DNA of 64,000 nt from Octopus sinensis (lineage: Eukaryota), in assembly GCF_006345805.1 (NCBI RefSeq), contig NC_043016.1:26040001-26104000 (forward strand), written 5' to 3'. The notes beneath the pieces are model-generated. The model was not told the origin of the DNA, made no database searches, and was given only the letters and a program-made list of their open reading frames with translations. A program made the position numbers and the translations under genes. Positions 39,093 through 52,849 of the stretch are shown here, piece by piece. Within the stretch, counting starts at the first letter, position 1. Every line of letters starts with the position of its first letter.

Positions 39093-39345
39093 GTATTTTT
39101 TTTTTCATTTATGTTGCTATACATATTTATTTAAATTATTTACTCTTCTCATTCACAATGGTTTTATATTTCTATGGAAAAAAATTTCCTTTTTTCCTTT
39201 TACATGTTTTAATTGCTGAATTTAAGGAATGATTACAAAATAAATTATAGAAGGCATTGAAGAAAAATTAACTGAAATGTACCACAAATTTAAGAAATCC
39301 TGTTTTCAGTGATTGAACAGTGCTAATAATCATTATTATTTATCA

Positions 39346-39387
<42 letters not shown>

Positions 39388-39759
39388 GATTATGATTATT
39401 GGTAAGGTGGTGAACTGGCAGAATTGTTAACTTGCCAGGCAAAATGCTTAGTGGCATTTCATCTGTCTTTACGTTCTGAGTTCAAATTCTGGCAACGTCA
39501 AACTTTGCATTTCATCCTTTCAGGGTCGATTAAATACATGCCAGTTACACATTGGGTCAATGTAATTGACTAGCCCCATTCCTCAAAGTTTCAGGCCTTG
39601 TACCTTTCGTAGAAAGGATTATTATTATTATCATTGGTAGAATTGTTTGAAAAAGTGGAGAGGAGAGGTGAGGATATTTTACAGTGAATTATTTCAACCT
39701 TTTCAATTATAATTGTAAATCTGTTTCACCTTAATGTTTCTCTTGCTTGTTTTTCTTAG

Positions 39760-39912
39760 ATTACTCTGGAAGATTTAAGAATCAAAATTCCACCAGGAAT
39801 ATCTTCACACATGAGTACACTCTTGAAGATCTGCATGAACGAAGAACCAGGCCGCCGCCCTAAGTTTGACATGATTATTCCTATCTTGGAAAAGATGCGA
39901 CATTCTAGTTAG
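39760..39912 (+). CDS. ILK: ILK last coding exon [50 protein letters not shown]
   Basis: ttttcttag acceptor, TAG at 39910-39912; KICMNEDPxKRPKFDMIxPILEKM motif. Confidence 0.97.
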   Translation: MTLEDLRIKIPPGISSHMSTLLKICMNEEPGRRPKFDMIIPILEKMRHSS

Positions 39913-39980
39913 ACAACAAACACTTCGTCATATATTTTAGAAAATTATTATTCTGATAGGGAAACATTAATTTTTCTGAA

Positions 39981-40019
<39 letters not shown>

Positions 40020-42927
40020 TAAATTAAATATTTTCATACATGAATTGAGTACTATATATATATATAAAACTAAAATGAATTATCTATACACTTTATGTTT
40101 TATCTACACCCTTACATGAATTGTCTACACCCTTATATATTATATTACTGCTTTTGAGAAAATATTTACAACCAGAAAGAGATTTTATAGAGATATGTTG
40201 ATATCGATGTATATAAACTGATACTAAACAAATGTTGCTAATTACAACATAGTTGCTAATTACAGCACAACAGGACTAAATTTTACTAATTCTATAATTG
40301 TGATTGATTGCAATCCATATATTAATTAATTATTCTGGTTTTTTAATTATTATTTTAAAGTCTTATAAATCTTATATTTAAACTTAAAAAAAATTTTAAT
40401 ATTATAAAAAAAATTGTTAAATACAATTGTTAAAAATGTCATCAAATTATAAAAGAATTACTGACACATTTAAACTTAAATTTTAAATATGATTAGTTTT
40501 ACCTTTAGAAATGTTAGTGCTGCTTCTTTTAATTCAGTTGGAAAGGTTTGTTTTTTAAATTCACACACACATTCATTTTATTTGATGGCTTATAATCTGG
40601 CAAGAAAACCTCAACTTCAATTACATGAAGAAATTCAAATACATCTTGTTTTCTTTCATTTGTACACTCAGAAACACATGCACACTTACATTTTACACAA
40701 GCTTCCCGAAAATTACTTATTTTAATCTGGAACCTTCCTTCCACTATGTTCCAAATTGGTAATTCATTCTTAATCTGAAACACTCTGGAAAATGATTCAA
40801 ATCGGTATGAATACAACATAAATAAAGTAGTAATTAAAATTTTCTTCCCCTCTTAATATTACCTCATTATTTTCTTAGTTAATTAATATCTCACCTTTCT
40901 TAAAGAAAAAAATTCTATTTAAAAAAGTATTTTAAATTTAACTAAAAGAAGAACATAAAGCCTTTTTCATCTGGATTTCATAAATCTTTCCTTTGAATCA
41001 TTTATTTTTCATTAATTTTAAATCTTAAGCATGTTATTTAAACCAATTTAAATTTCAAAGAAAGTGAAAAAAACTTTAAAAAGAGAAAAAAAGCATTTAT
41101 TTAATTAATAGCCATTTTATTTTTCATACTTTTTTTAGATTTTTTTAAACTTGCTATTGTTTCATTAATTTTAATAAAGATATTTTTATCAAATGCAAGC
41201 TTTTAAAACTATTTTTTATTCTAATTATTTCCTTAATAGTAGTTTTTAATTGTTATGAAAATTAAACAAGTTTTTTTGTTTTTTTAACCCTATTTAACCA
41301 TTTTCGATATCCAATTAAGACCACCCTTGGTCTTTTAATATAAACATACCTGAAACCGCCCATATTAAAGTCTCCATTTTGAAATCAAAATCTTGTTATT
41401 GAAATATATCAGTAGGTAAATGTTCATAATATAAGAACCATTTACAAAATTTTATTTCAATATTTAAAAAAATTAGTTAAATATTTTACTAAACAGTTCC
41501 TTAATGCTTTATTATTATTTAATTTTATTTTTTAAAATGTCTCAAAACACATAGCACTGTATTTTTATTAGAAATACTGAAATAGAAGAATTAAAGGTTA
41601 CTTGCTCTGATTAATTATTTTCTGCTGCTGTAACACTGGTACAGAGCTTAACCAATTTCTATTGTAGATTTGAAATTAAACATTTGACAAGATTTCCTAT
41701 CAATATTTTGTGCCTTATTGCTACCAAAATATACTTTGGCTAGTACATGTCTTGGATTTAGACTTCATGACAATGCTTTTCATTTAGTTAGTAGGTAAAA
41801 AAAAATTTTTTAAACAAAAAAACATAACAATGGTGCCAAGTTACATTTGGAATATAATTTTACAATTCATTCTAAGACTGAGATGTGGAACCTTAAAAAT
41901 AAGTCATGATCTCTTTTTATACTTTTTTTTTTTTTTTTTGCTTAATAAATGATCTGTCTAAGTGATCAAATTAGTCAGAATGTGATAACAACAATGACAG
42001 CAACAAAAGGATCAAGTTGATAAAGTTTAGAAAAGTAGAAGAAAATATCTGCGTTCCAACTGAAACATTTTGAGCAGTAACTTCAGGATACAATCTTTGT
42101 AAATGTTCTCACTCGAAGAACATTGGTCTTCCTTTATTATTCATTTCCTAAGTATTAAGAATGGATTGTAATAAACTTGCTTAATTCTGTGCAGGTTCCA
42201 GGGTCCATGATTGACATTGTTAACCTATAGCAGTGTTAGTAATATAGATTTCAATATTTATTTTAAGAATACAGATGATTATGATGATGCTGCTGCTGAT
42301 ACTGATGACAACAAAAATAGGTTTTTTGTGGGGGTGGGGTGGCAGGGTCAGTTTCTTATGAAAATGCCATTCTCTAAAATCTTGTGATAATGACTAGTAA
42401 AGGAACCCCACTTGATCTAGAAATAGTGTAGTCTGCTTCAAATCACACCTGACCAATGTCTTTAATATTGATCTGCTCAATCAGGCTGTTAAATAACTAA
42501 ACACCTTGTAAAAAAATCTAAATTTGGAAAGAAAAGAAAATATTCTGAGCAAGCTCTCTTGTATCTTAAATGTTAAACTCAATGCTGTGCTAATTGCTTA
42601 GGAGTCCCCCCCCCCTTTTTTTTTAGATTAAACTGTTTTACTTCACTTACATTCAGTCACTAGTGCTCATGGGAAAGGGATGAATGTCACAACACCTACT
42701 TATCCCATTCTATTTACCTCTCTCTAAAACACATTAGCCTTCATTATCTTATTATAAATAAAAATGGATATTTCTCATTCCTGAATTTAATTTAACAAAA
42801 GAGGTCTTTAAAAGATAAAAAAATAACAAAATTAAATATTAAAAAAAATTCTCAGGTATCCAGGTCTTATTTTTTTGCTGATTAAAAAAGACAAAACTAA
42901 ATGTAACTTATTGCTGACTGTGTACTA

Positions 42928-42982
42928 AATAAACATTTTGTATTTAATCTGTTGTATATTGTATTCTTACATTTACAATAAA
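42928..42982 (+). terminator. Candidate ILK polyadenylation signals AATAAA (42928-42933, 42977-42982)
   Basis: Paired AATAAA with TGTA elements at the end of a 3 kb AT-rich stretch, just before (CT)n and the TE-dense block. Confidence 0.5.
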
Positions 42983-42984
42983 TA

Positions 42985-42989
<5 letters not shown>

Positions 42990-43051
<62 letters not shown>

Positions 43052-43055
43052 TCAC
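42990..43055. repeat. (CT)n microsatellite
   Basis: Direct reading. Confidence 0.92.
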
Positions 43056-43142
43056 TCACTCTCCATACCGTGTAAAAAGAAATTGAAATGACACTGCTAT
43101 TTCTCAACACTGAGAAGTTGAAGCTTCCATATGACAAACATA

Positions 43143-43634
43143 TACTGTAAATCCTAGAGTCTAGTCCGCCCTTGAGTATAATACACAGGGGATTTTTTGG
43201 AAGCTGCACTTCTGAAAAACTTAAACCTTGTGTATAATACGCACCCCTTCTCTAACTTGAGTCAAGGAGGTCTATATAACGTCCTTGGTTTGTAAAACTG
43301 TATGCGGTAACGTCCTTTATTATTATTGTAGCTTTTTTCTGCATTTTGTTTGCAGTAAATAAAGAAATAACAGTAATAACGTTTAATAAATGTTGCTTAC
43401 TGCAAGTTATGGATGATTCTTTTATGACTTCATTGCTTTCAGGCTTAGCTTAATGTATTTTCGCGCTCGACATCACAAAATGCATCTGAATAAACATTGC
43501 TAGACAGCAAATAGAGACTCGGACATTGCTTAGAAAATATTTTTCATTTTTAACCTCTTATATAGTACGCACTAGGGATTTTGACCTTAAATTTTTGGGG
43601 AAAAAATGTGGATTATACTCGAGGATTTACGGTA
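43143..43634. mobile_element. pogo/Tigger-like MITE
   Basis: TACTGTAAATCCTAGAGT ... ACTCGAGGATTTACGGTA TIRs with TA ends. Confidence 0.75.
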
Positions 43635-45494
43635 ATTAGAAAGTTATAGGAAAGAATTACAGATGGATTCTTCAAGCTGAGGCAACCAGCAAAGAGACCT
43701 TGGGATTAAACCAAGAATGAGATGGTTGGATAATATCCATGATCTCAGTTGGTTGCACTTGGGAATCCAACAGGAAACTGTAAAGACAGTTGATTCTGAC
43801 AGGACCCTATGGAGGAGGTGCCTGAAGACCATACCCCACAACCATTCCAGGAATAGAGAGCAGAGAAAATGAATGAATGGAACAACAGCAACAACTATTG
43901 TGAGGGCAATGATAGAAATTATTTTTCATGCAGTAATGGATTAAGATCAGAATAACATTGCCTTCGTTATCTTCTGGTAGCAGTGGTAGTGGTGGTAGGG
44001 GCAGTATCAGTCAATCTTCCAGTCAAATCAAGGAAGTTACGTTTCCACTGGTTTTCTAATTGGAGAACCTATCTGCCAGTTGCAACCCCTGATAGAAGTA
44101 TCACTGTTATATATATATATATATACATATATATATGTACACACACACCCACACATGGAGGCACAATGGCCCAGTGGTTAGGGCAGCGGATTTGTGGTCG
44201 TAGGATCATGGTTTTGATTCCCAGACCGGGCATTGTGAGTGTTTATTGAGCAAAAATGCCTAAAGCTCCATGAGGTTCCGGCAGGGGGTGGGGGGTGAAC
44301 TCTGCTGTGCTCTTTCACCACAACGTTCATTCTTTCTTCCTGTTTCTGTTGTACTTATATTTAAAGGACCAGCCTTGTCACATTCTGTGTCATGCTGAAT
44401 CTCCCCGAGAATTACGGTAAGGGTACATGTGTCTGTGAAATGCTTTTCCACATGCACATTAATAAATGAGCTGTGACGTCACTGGTGCCAAGCTGTATCA
44501 GCCTTTGCCTTTCCCTTGGATAATATCGGTAGCATGAAGAGAGGAGGCTGGTATGCATAGGCAACTGCTGGTCTTCCATAAACAACCTTGCCCAGACATG
44601 TGCCTCGGAGGGTAACGTTCTAGGTGTAATCCCATGGTCATACATGACTGAAGAGGGTCACAACAATATACACACACATTTGAAAGGCAGAATTTGAACA
44701 GAGAATGAACAAATCCAGAGAAAAGATAGTACAAGACTGATACTCCTAACTATTCTACTAACCTATCAGAAAGTTCCGGGACTAGTTCTGTAGCACACCA
44801 ACAGATGGCAGCACATGGTTGCAAGTGCAGTGAGAGCTCGCATTGATGTTTGTGTGCCAAGTGACATTGCTGTCTTTACTTTGCAAGTTGTGAATTTGTG
44901 TTTTTGTGATGATGTGCATGCTGGACAGGAAGTTGAAACAAAGAGCCAACATGAAAATTTGGCGTTAAACTTGGTAAGTCTGTTACAGAGACATTGAGCA
45001 TGCTTCAGCAAGCATACAGCGACAGGGCAATGGGTTGTACGCAATGTTTTGAGTGGCACAGATGCTTCGAAAGTGGGAAAACATCCTTGGATGATGATGA
45101 GCAATCTGGAAGACCTGCCTGAGTGTCACTCCTGGAAATGTGGTATTGTGCATCAAAAATTTTTTCCCCAGGGCTAGACCATCAATCTAGAGTTCTGCGA
45201 CATTTTAAAGTGTTTGAGGGAGGACATTAGGTGAAAGTGACCAGATCTGTGGGGCGCAATAAATTGGATTCTTCATGACAACAATACACTCTGTCACCAA
45301 GCTCTCTTCACTCATGATTTTCTCACCAAAAACAATATGGTGTCACTTATGCACTCATCCTATTCACCAGATTTAGCATGTGTGGACTTCCATCTCTTCC
45401 CCAAGATGAAAATGCAGCTTAAAGGTCACTATTTTAACACCATTGTCAAAATCTGGAGTGAATCGCAGAAGGTCCTCAGCTCACTTATAGAAAA

Positions 45495-47297
45495 CTAGCA
45501 TTATGACCCGTCGTTGCCGGGTCATAGTGCTAGTGCATGTATATATGTGTACATATTACATGTACATCTATATATATATACATCTACACATAAAATACAA
45601 AATACAAAGTTATATCTTGATATCGCTAGTGATAACAATACTCAAAATATATAACAGACTGGAATTGTAGACCCGTCTCTTGCAATTTCGATCAATTGTA
45701 TCTTGTCCTCCCTCTTGTATTGAAGTGTGGCTACAATCCACCACTTCTGGTTAGATATCTTTCATAGTCGCACCAAGACACTTTTCGATGGTGCTTTCAT
45801 CCAGGTGTTCAAATCTTTTTTTTTTCTCTACATTGTATACTTTATAGACAATAGTCTTTCCTCTAATTTAATTTTTTATTTCATTTGGTGGTGTTATCCT
45901 AGATTCACCGTCTTTGTCGGTGATCAATCTGAAATAGGTTTGTATTTCTTCCATTTTAATTATAATGAGTTCGTGCCCGCTGACGGCTACAGCGAAATTC
46001 ATTTTGGGACTTTCTTCTATCAAAGGCATTCTAACAAAAATGCTTCCGATAAACGGTGAAAATATTGTCAATTTCCCCAAACAGGGACACAATTCAATTT
46101 TTAAACAATAACCAAAGCTCCTTCTCTCAAAGGGGGAGGGTTACAGTTTACAATTATTTAACAAATGCAACACAACAATGTTTCCCTTACGAGGAACCAA
46201 CAAACGTGATAACAATAGTTAAACAATAATAATAATAACAACAAACCTTATGGTGAATCAAAAAGCAGTACGCAGTTGAAGCTATAGTCCTTTATGTATA
46301 AGAAATAAACCAACAGCAGTACTCAGTAGAAGCGACTGTTTGAGAAAACAGACATTACATACAACCAAACTTCATATAGATACTTAATGCTAGCTAATTA
46401 GCAGATAATCTAATGTAAAAGCCATGGTAAACGGTATGTGCACAGCTCCATCTGGACTATTCCATTTCTGCATGCTAATTTTATTTTTAATTTATTCCCA
46501 TTCATGTGAAACCACTTGTTCAAGTCATTGATGCAATTTTATACCAATTGCTATTTTTACTTTTTTTTATGTTACGATTACATTATACTTTAGTTTGATT
46601 TTAATTATTACTTACTACATATAATTCAATTGTTATTATTATCTCTAATTTTTATTGTTAAAGTGAAAGTATCTGACAAAATAGAGAAACGTTTTTGTTT
46701 CACTTTTAACACATAATACTGAAATAGTGGAGAAGATATGATATTGCTATGGGCTCGCCCTAGGCAAGAAGTTGAACATTTTTTTGCCCATGAAACTACA
46801 TGGACCCTAAGTAAGGCATGTGTAAAATTTGAATGAAATTGGTTGTGTAGTTCTCAAGTTTTAAGGAAACACACAGACAGACAGACACACATTCTCAGTT
46901 TTATATATATACACTACCGTCAGAAATTAATTAGCACCCTTGATTTGCTCTTCACTCAAGGTATGTGCTGTCACCTAGTGGCCATATCTCGAACTATTGC
47001 TTTGTTGCGAGTTCACTGATGCGCAGAACTATGACGTAACTTTGTTTGCAGAGCAGTTTGAGAGTCTACAGCCTTATGATGTTGACATAGCAGTGCAACA
47101 ACAACTTGGAGTGCGGATGCAGACAAATCTTCCTTTGTTTAATAGATATAGGTAGTGCCTCGCAAGGACCGAAATCACACCATACTAAGTTTTCTCATCG
47201 CGTAAGACGTTTTGAACAGCTCATAGGTTAATTGATTTAACCTATTTAATGTAGAAATTTGAGAAGAGCTAATTAATTTCTGACGTAAGTGTAGAGA
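45495..47297 (-). mobile_element. Non-autonomous Helitron, 1803 bp
   Basis: - strand: A|TCTC... 5' end; 3' end TATGACCCG-GCAACGA-CGGGTCATA-ATG-CTAG|T; inserted in an AT dinucleotide with no TSD. Confidence 0.88.
46912..47291. mobile_element. Tc1/mariner-type MITE nested in the Helitron 5' end
   Basis: TA-CACTACCGTCAGAAATTAATTAGC ... GCTAATTAATTTCTGACGTAAGTG-TA. Confidence 0.8.
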
Positions 47298-48159
47298 TGA
47301 CTTCCAAGCCAAATTCCAAAAGTGGTAGGAATGCTGGAACCAGTGCATTGCTGTGCAAGGTGACTATTTCAAAGGAGATGATGTTAAAACTTAGGTAAAT
47401 AAGTTATATTTTATCAAACATAACCAGTCTGGGAACTTTTTGATACCACCTCATGCCATCCTGGATTAGTTCTTTTTTTCACACCCCCACCCCCACCACC
47501 AACAACAAATAAGCGCTATGTTAACTTTGATGGGATTGAAACACAGAGCACAGACAATTGTAACAAAAATTGTAATGCTTTCTATCTAACACCCTAACAA
47601 CTCCATCAATTTTCTGTTGCCTTTTTATATTTTTCTTTCTCACTGTTGGTTCAGTTTGTCCTTAACACTGCACCTACCGAAAGGGAGAGTTATTTTTAAC
47701 CCATTTCAGTTTTTAATTTACCGTTTTTTTATGCAAAATAAAATAGGTAAAAATGTTGAACTTTCACGGTCTTTTACCATGAATTTTGGAATGATTCCTT
47801 TTGAGGAATTCCATTATTTGATATTTTATGTAGTTTTTCCTAATAAGTTTTCACACATTCCTAGAAAGAAGGAGAGTAAAAATATCTGGCACTTCTAATG
47901 CTAAAACTTTCTGGGATTCAAACAAGCCATAACCTGGTAGCAGGAAAACAAATTATATAGGAAATCAGTTTCTTTGATTATATATTTAATGTGTGTGTGA
48001 ATATATTTACATGTGAAGACATTGTCTATAAGAAGGTACTGTGGAAAGATTTTGCTGTTGCACAAACACACACACACATAATCATATCTGACACCAAATT
48101 ATTATGATGATTCAAGTGTTAAGTCACATCATTATTTCTTCCCCTCATTTATATATATA

Positions 48160-51100
48160 CTTGCAGAATTGCCCGGCGATGCTCGGGGCTGAATTGCTTG
48201 AAAGTACTGTTAATGATTGCACTGAATTATGATGATTATTCAGGCAAATATTGATATAAGTTTACGGCGAATGAATGTATTTGTAAGTGTATAGAAAGCC
48301 GTGTAAAGGGGTTCCTACCCCCTCGTAGAATGGTGTAAGAATTGAATGCGAGGTTGCCTTGAAAAGAGCCATGTTATTGTTCTCATAATTGAAAAATTTG
48401 ATAGTCGTGGAAGGCGGTGTAAAACGTTCGCAGGTGAATAGGGTCTCTTCGTTTTCCACGAACGGCAGCGGATGTGCTGTTACAAAACTTCATGCTGTGT
48501 TAAAAGAGAATGGATGCCCTATGTAGGCAAGAGGGGAATGAAGCATGGGTAAGTAAATATGGGTAATTTATAAAATATAGAACAATAGCATCTACTCACC
48601 ATATGTCAGACCAGCAAGACTGTAGTGGTGCTGAATAGATGAATCACAACATAGTAGTGGAGATGTTTTCATTGATGGGCGTTATGATTAAATTTGTTGT
48701 TGTATAAAATGATCTGTTGCTTAGTTTCCAAAGTGTATGTTGCGATTGTGTTGTCGCTTATGTAAACTTTAACAGTGAGAGTGTAGATGTAGGGGGTAGA
48801 TGTGTCATGTACATTGGATATAGAAGATGAGGCTGGTGGTTTGATGATGAATGGATAGAAATAGAGGTGAGCGAAGGACAGGTGTTGGTTAAGTGTGAAT
48901 TAATGTCATGAAACGCCTAAAAATGTAAATGCCATCATAAAAGAGTGTATGTAAGTGAAATACTAACGTGTTCGAAAATGAAACGTAATCCTATAAAACC
49001 TTGTACACAATGTTTTTTGTTTTTCGTTGTGGAACGAATGTGAAAGCATCACTGTTGCTGTCAACACACGAGCAGGCAACATAAAGCTGACCATGAGAGA
49101 AACATGGCTCTCCCAAATGTATTCCCACCACAGACATTGCGAAACATGGCCTTACTGGGAACTGGGAACTGGGACCTCCGAAATATGAAAGGTAGGTCTG
49201 CTCCTGATGGGAAAAGATGCATCGTAGGTATGAGCACAACGTTGCCTCGACCGCACCCTGTGATAATGGTGGCCTCAATCGGATTGAGAGATAAGGACTT
49301 AACGACCAAACGTGTGCCATTGCATTGTTTTGGGGGAACCAAATTTCTAATGAGCATTATAGGGGCACCAACTTTAAGTTTGAGAATGTGTGGTGGTAGT
49401 CAGGGGGGCTCAAAGGAATTGAGTACCTCTATTGGATAGTTGATGACGTCCTCTGGGTCAGGAGTTGTACTGATAGACTTATATACATAGACATCCCCAG
49501 GAATGAGTTTTAGCATTTCATCATTAATATGGTGAACAGTTTTATTCCTCGGAGCCAGAATAGCCCTTTGGCCAATCCAATCCTTATTCTGATAATTAGC
49601 TTGTAGATCTGGGAACACTGCATCTCTGAGATCAGAAGGCGTTTTAACAATGGTACAAATGGAATCGATGGCAATATTACCATTTTCATCCCCTGGTATT
49701 TTGCCTTTGCCAAGTGCAAGGAGGGTAAGAGAAAATGCTGCTGTGATATCACGTCACATATGAGCACGCATATTGGTGTGAAGTTTGAGAGTCTTCACCA
49801 GTGGCCACAATGTGGATGACTTAAGACACGCACTTACTGCATCAGCTCTAGTCCCTTTGGGAATAACGGGAAGTGTTTGTCGGAAGTCCCCTGAAAGAAG
49901 AAGTGTTATGCCTCCCATGGGAGCTGAAGAGTGTTTGATGTCTCTGAGAGATCTATCTAGTGCCTCAAGAGCACTTCTGTGGGCCATCGTGCATTCATCC
50001 CAAATGATAAGTTTGCATCATCTGAAAACTTCTGCCTGATCGGAGCTGTTACTGATGTTGCAAATTGGTGTCTCAGTCTTCGCTAAGTCAAGCGGGAGCT
50101 TGAAAGTGGAGTGAGCTGTCCTGCCGCCTGGCAACAAAGTAGCCGCAATTCCAGATGATGCCACAGCTAGGGCAATGCCTTGTGTTCGCCTAATCTCAGC
50201 CAATATTAATTTGTTGACAAAAGTTTTCCCAGTGCCCCCAGGAGCGTCCAGGAAAAAAATACCCCCAGCTTTGGCCCGGACTGAGTTAACAACGGAGTTG
50301 TAAGCGAACTTCTGTTCTGGAAGGAGCTTTGGCTCATTGTCAGCTACTTGGCAAGATCAACATTAAAACATGTCTCACGCAGCAAATGTGAAGACAGAGT
50401 GTTTGTGCCTTCCCGGTTTGTTGAAGGTAGGCCATAGACCGGCAAGGCACTACTGCCCATATCAAGTACAGTATCTTCGAACGTAGTTTGTTACCACACA
50501 GCCACACCTGTCCCTATGTATGTGTGTGTGTGTGCGTATGGGTAGATATATTATGCATGTATATATGTGTATATATGTGTACATATTACATGTATATACA
50601 TCTACACATAAAATACAAAATACAAGGTTATATCTTGATATCACTAGTGATAACAATGCTCAAAATATATAACAGACTGGAATTGTAGGCCCATCTCTTG
50701 CAATTTTGATCAATTGGATCTTGTCCTCCCTCTTGTATAGAAGTGTACGGCTGCAGCGAAATTCATTTTTGGACTTTCTTCTATCGAAGGCATTTAAACA
50801 AAAATGCTTCCTTAAAGATGGTGAAAATATTGTCAATTTCCCCAAACAGGGACGCAATTCAATTTTTAAACAATAAGCAAAGCCACTTCTCTGAAAGGGG
50901 GAGGGTTACGGTTTACAATTATTTAACAAATGCAACACAACAATGTTTCCCTGACGAGGAACCAACAAACGTGATTACAATAGTCAAACAGTAATAATAA
51001 TAACAACAAACATTTTTAATTTATCCCCATTTATATGAAACCACTTATTCAAGTTGAAGTCATTGATGCAATTTTTATATGAATTGCTAATACACACACA

Positions 51101-52112
51101 CACACATAATAAGGGTGAAAAAATGAACATTAATTTGATTAATATGAATTGAAAACCAGTGGTGTAGCATATAAGACCATAGCGGATCTTCCTCTAGCCA
51201 AAAGGATGACCAGTATTAATGGCTCATCCCTGTTATATAAATACTTTCACTTTAATTGTTGCACACTTGCAAAGAGAAAGTGGGAGAAAGTGTGGTGGTA
51301 ATGGAAGGAGTGAAGCACTTGAAATGAGAGAGGCAAATCGTAAAATATTGAGTTTTCTTGAATTTTTGCTTAATTGGGGGTCAAATTGAAAAAACTTTAC
51401 ATGCCATGACCCAATCGAATCTACTTGGAAAAATCATAGGTAAATTCCAATTGAAGAAATTCTATATTGTAGAATTGTATTAAAAAGAAACATGGGACCA
51501 GGCAGAGAAAATCTGCCTTTTATCATAAGAGATATATATATATACAAACAAAACGCACCCCCCCCCACCGTCCAATGGACGGTGCTGAGTTGTCAAACAT
51601 TTAAACCAAATTTTCTCAAAATAACTTGTCCAACCATCCCATAGGCCTCCCCTTTAAGAAACACTGATTTAACCTAAATTTGAGACGCCAGCAAAAGAAG
51701 AAATAAAGGTAGACTTTTTTTTCTATTTCAAAGAAAAACGATTTTATTCACACAAATATGAAACCGAAGAGTTTAAAGTACCAGTAATGAGAAGGCTGTT
51801 GACTGGAAGAACACAAACATGGTTTAAACAGTAAGCTTGGCAGGAAAGAAACATGCTTTTAAGCAGTACAAAAACAACAAAAAATGGAAGGTGCAGTTAT
51901 GAACAGGCTGACGGAAGAAAAGCAGGACAAAAATGGCTTTATCAATCGCATTCTCACCTGGAATCGATTTTTGTAATTTTTTCAAGATTTATACATGCCT
52001 TGATACTGTCAGTATCTACATATCAAATTTGAGCACAATCGAATGGTGGATGCCTGAGATCCGAGAAGACACACATACACACACTGATAGACAGAACGGA
52101 TTTCATATAAGA
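48160..52112 (-). mobile_element. Composite Helitron remnant
   Basis: 3' hairpin CCCCGAGCATCGCCGGG plus CAAG (CTAG-like) at 48160; helicase inside; candidate 5' TC at 52112. Whether it is one or several elements is uncertain. Confidence 0.65.
48990..50345 (-). pseudogene. Helitron Pif1-family helicase, frameshifted with stops
   Basis: FLDAPGGTGKTF, VASSGIAATLLPGGRTAHSTFKLP, IIWDECTM, LSGDFRQTLPV, RAILAPRN, KVGAPIMLIRNL..CNGTRLVV, YVACS. Confidence 0.93.
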
Positions 52113-52849
52113 TATATATATAAATATATATAAAACTGAATGAAGGACCTATTTGTGGTTTGATAACATGTTGATTGCAGCCACTGTATAGCTGCAGAGA
52201 TTGAACCTATGCCAAATTTAGTAAAACAGCAAACCCTATTTGGTACCCATAACCTGTGAAATAACTTGGCTTGAAAAGTAGCTTTCTGGGTAATTCATGC
52301 ACCAGCAAAGTTTGCAGACATTCACTGGTATGACTACAATTAACCCTTTTATCACCATATTTTGTTTCAATGAATTTTGAAAATAATGAGGAATTCCAGA
52401 AAAATAACTTTGTCACTATTAAACTAATGTTTGGACTGTAAATTAATATGGAATTTTGATGGGAAGTTTTAACTTAGAGCAATTTATCTTTTACTTGCTT
52501 CAGTCATTAGACTGTGGTTCTGCTGGGGCACTGCCTTGAAGGGTTTTAGTCAAATGAAGTGACCCCAGTACTTTCTTTATTTTTTCTAAAGCCTGGTACT
52601 TATTCTTTCAGTCTGTTTTGCTGAACTGCTACATCAACATTAGTTGTCAAGTGATGATAGGGAACAAACTCAAACACGCTCGCACATATAAATTAGGTCA
52701 TTCCATAAACAATGCGATTTCTTCAATTGCATAAACTAAAAGTTGGAGTGATGTGGAATCAATTTACTATAAAAGCAGGTAGTAATTTTACCTTGTACTT
52801 ATTCTTAGTACAAGTTATGAAGAGTGCAGTTCTATTTTAACAGTTATTA

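Larger units (their letters stand above)
44764..47455 (+). mobile_element. Decayed mariner transposon split by a Helitron
   Basis: TIRs TATCAGAAAGTTCCGGGAC / GTCTGGGAACTTTTTGATA; FEWHRCFESG..SGRP and YSPDLACVDFHLFPKMK motifs; reading frame ..IE-N-DFQAKFQKW..GDYFKG rejoins across 45494/47298. Confidence 0.88.

Noticed and set aside
3327-39759. Apparent greater CpG decay in intronic than intergenic repeat copies (gene-body methylation signal)
   Set aside because: Confounded by insertion age; the intronic copy at 37169 is CpG-rich.
44155-44230. tRNA-like sequences at SINE heads (also 37169 and 55860)
   Set aside because: No complete cloverleaf; they are repeat heads, not tRNA genes.
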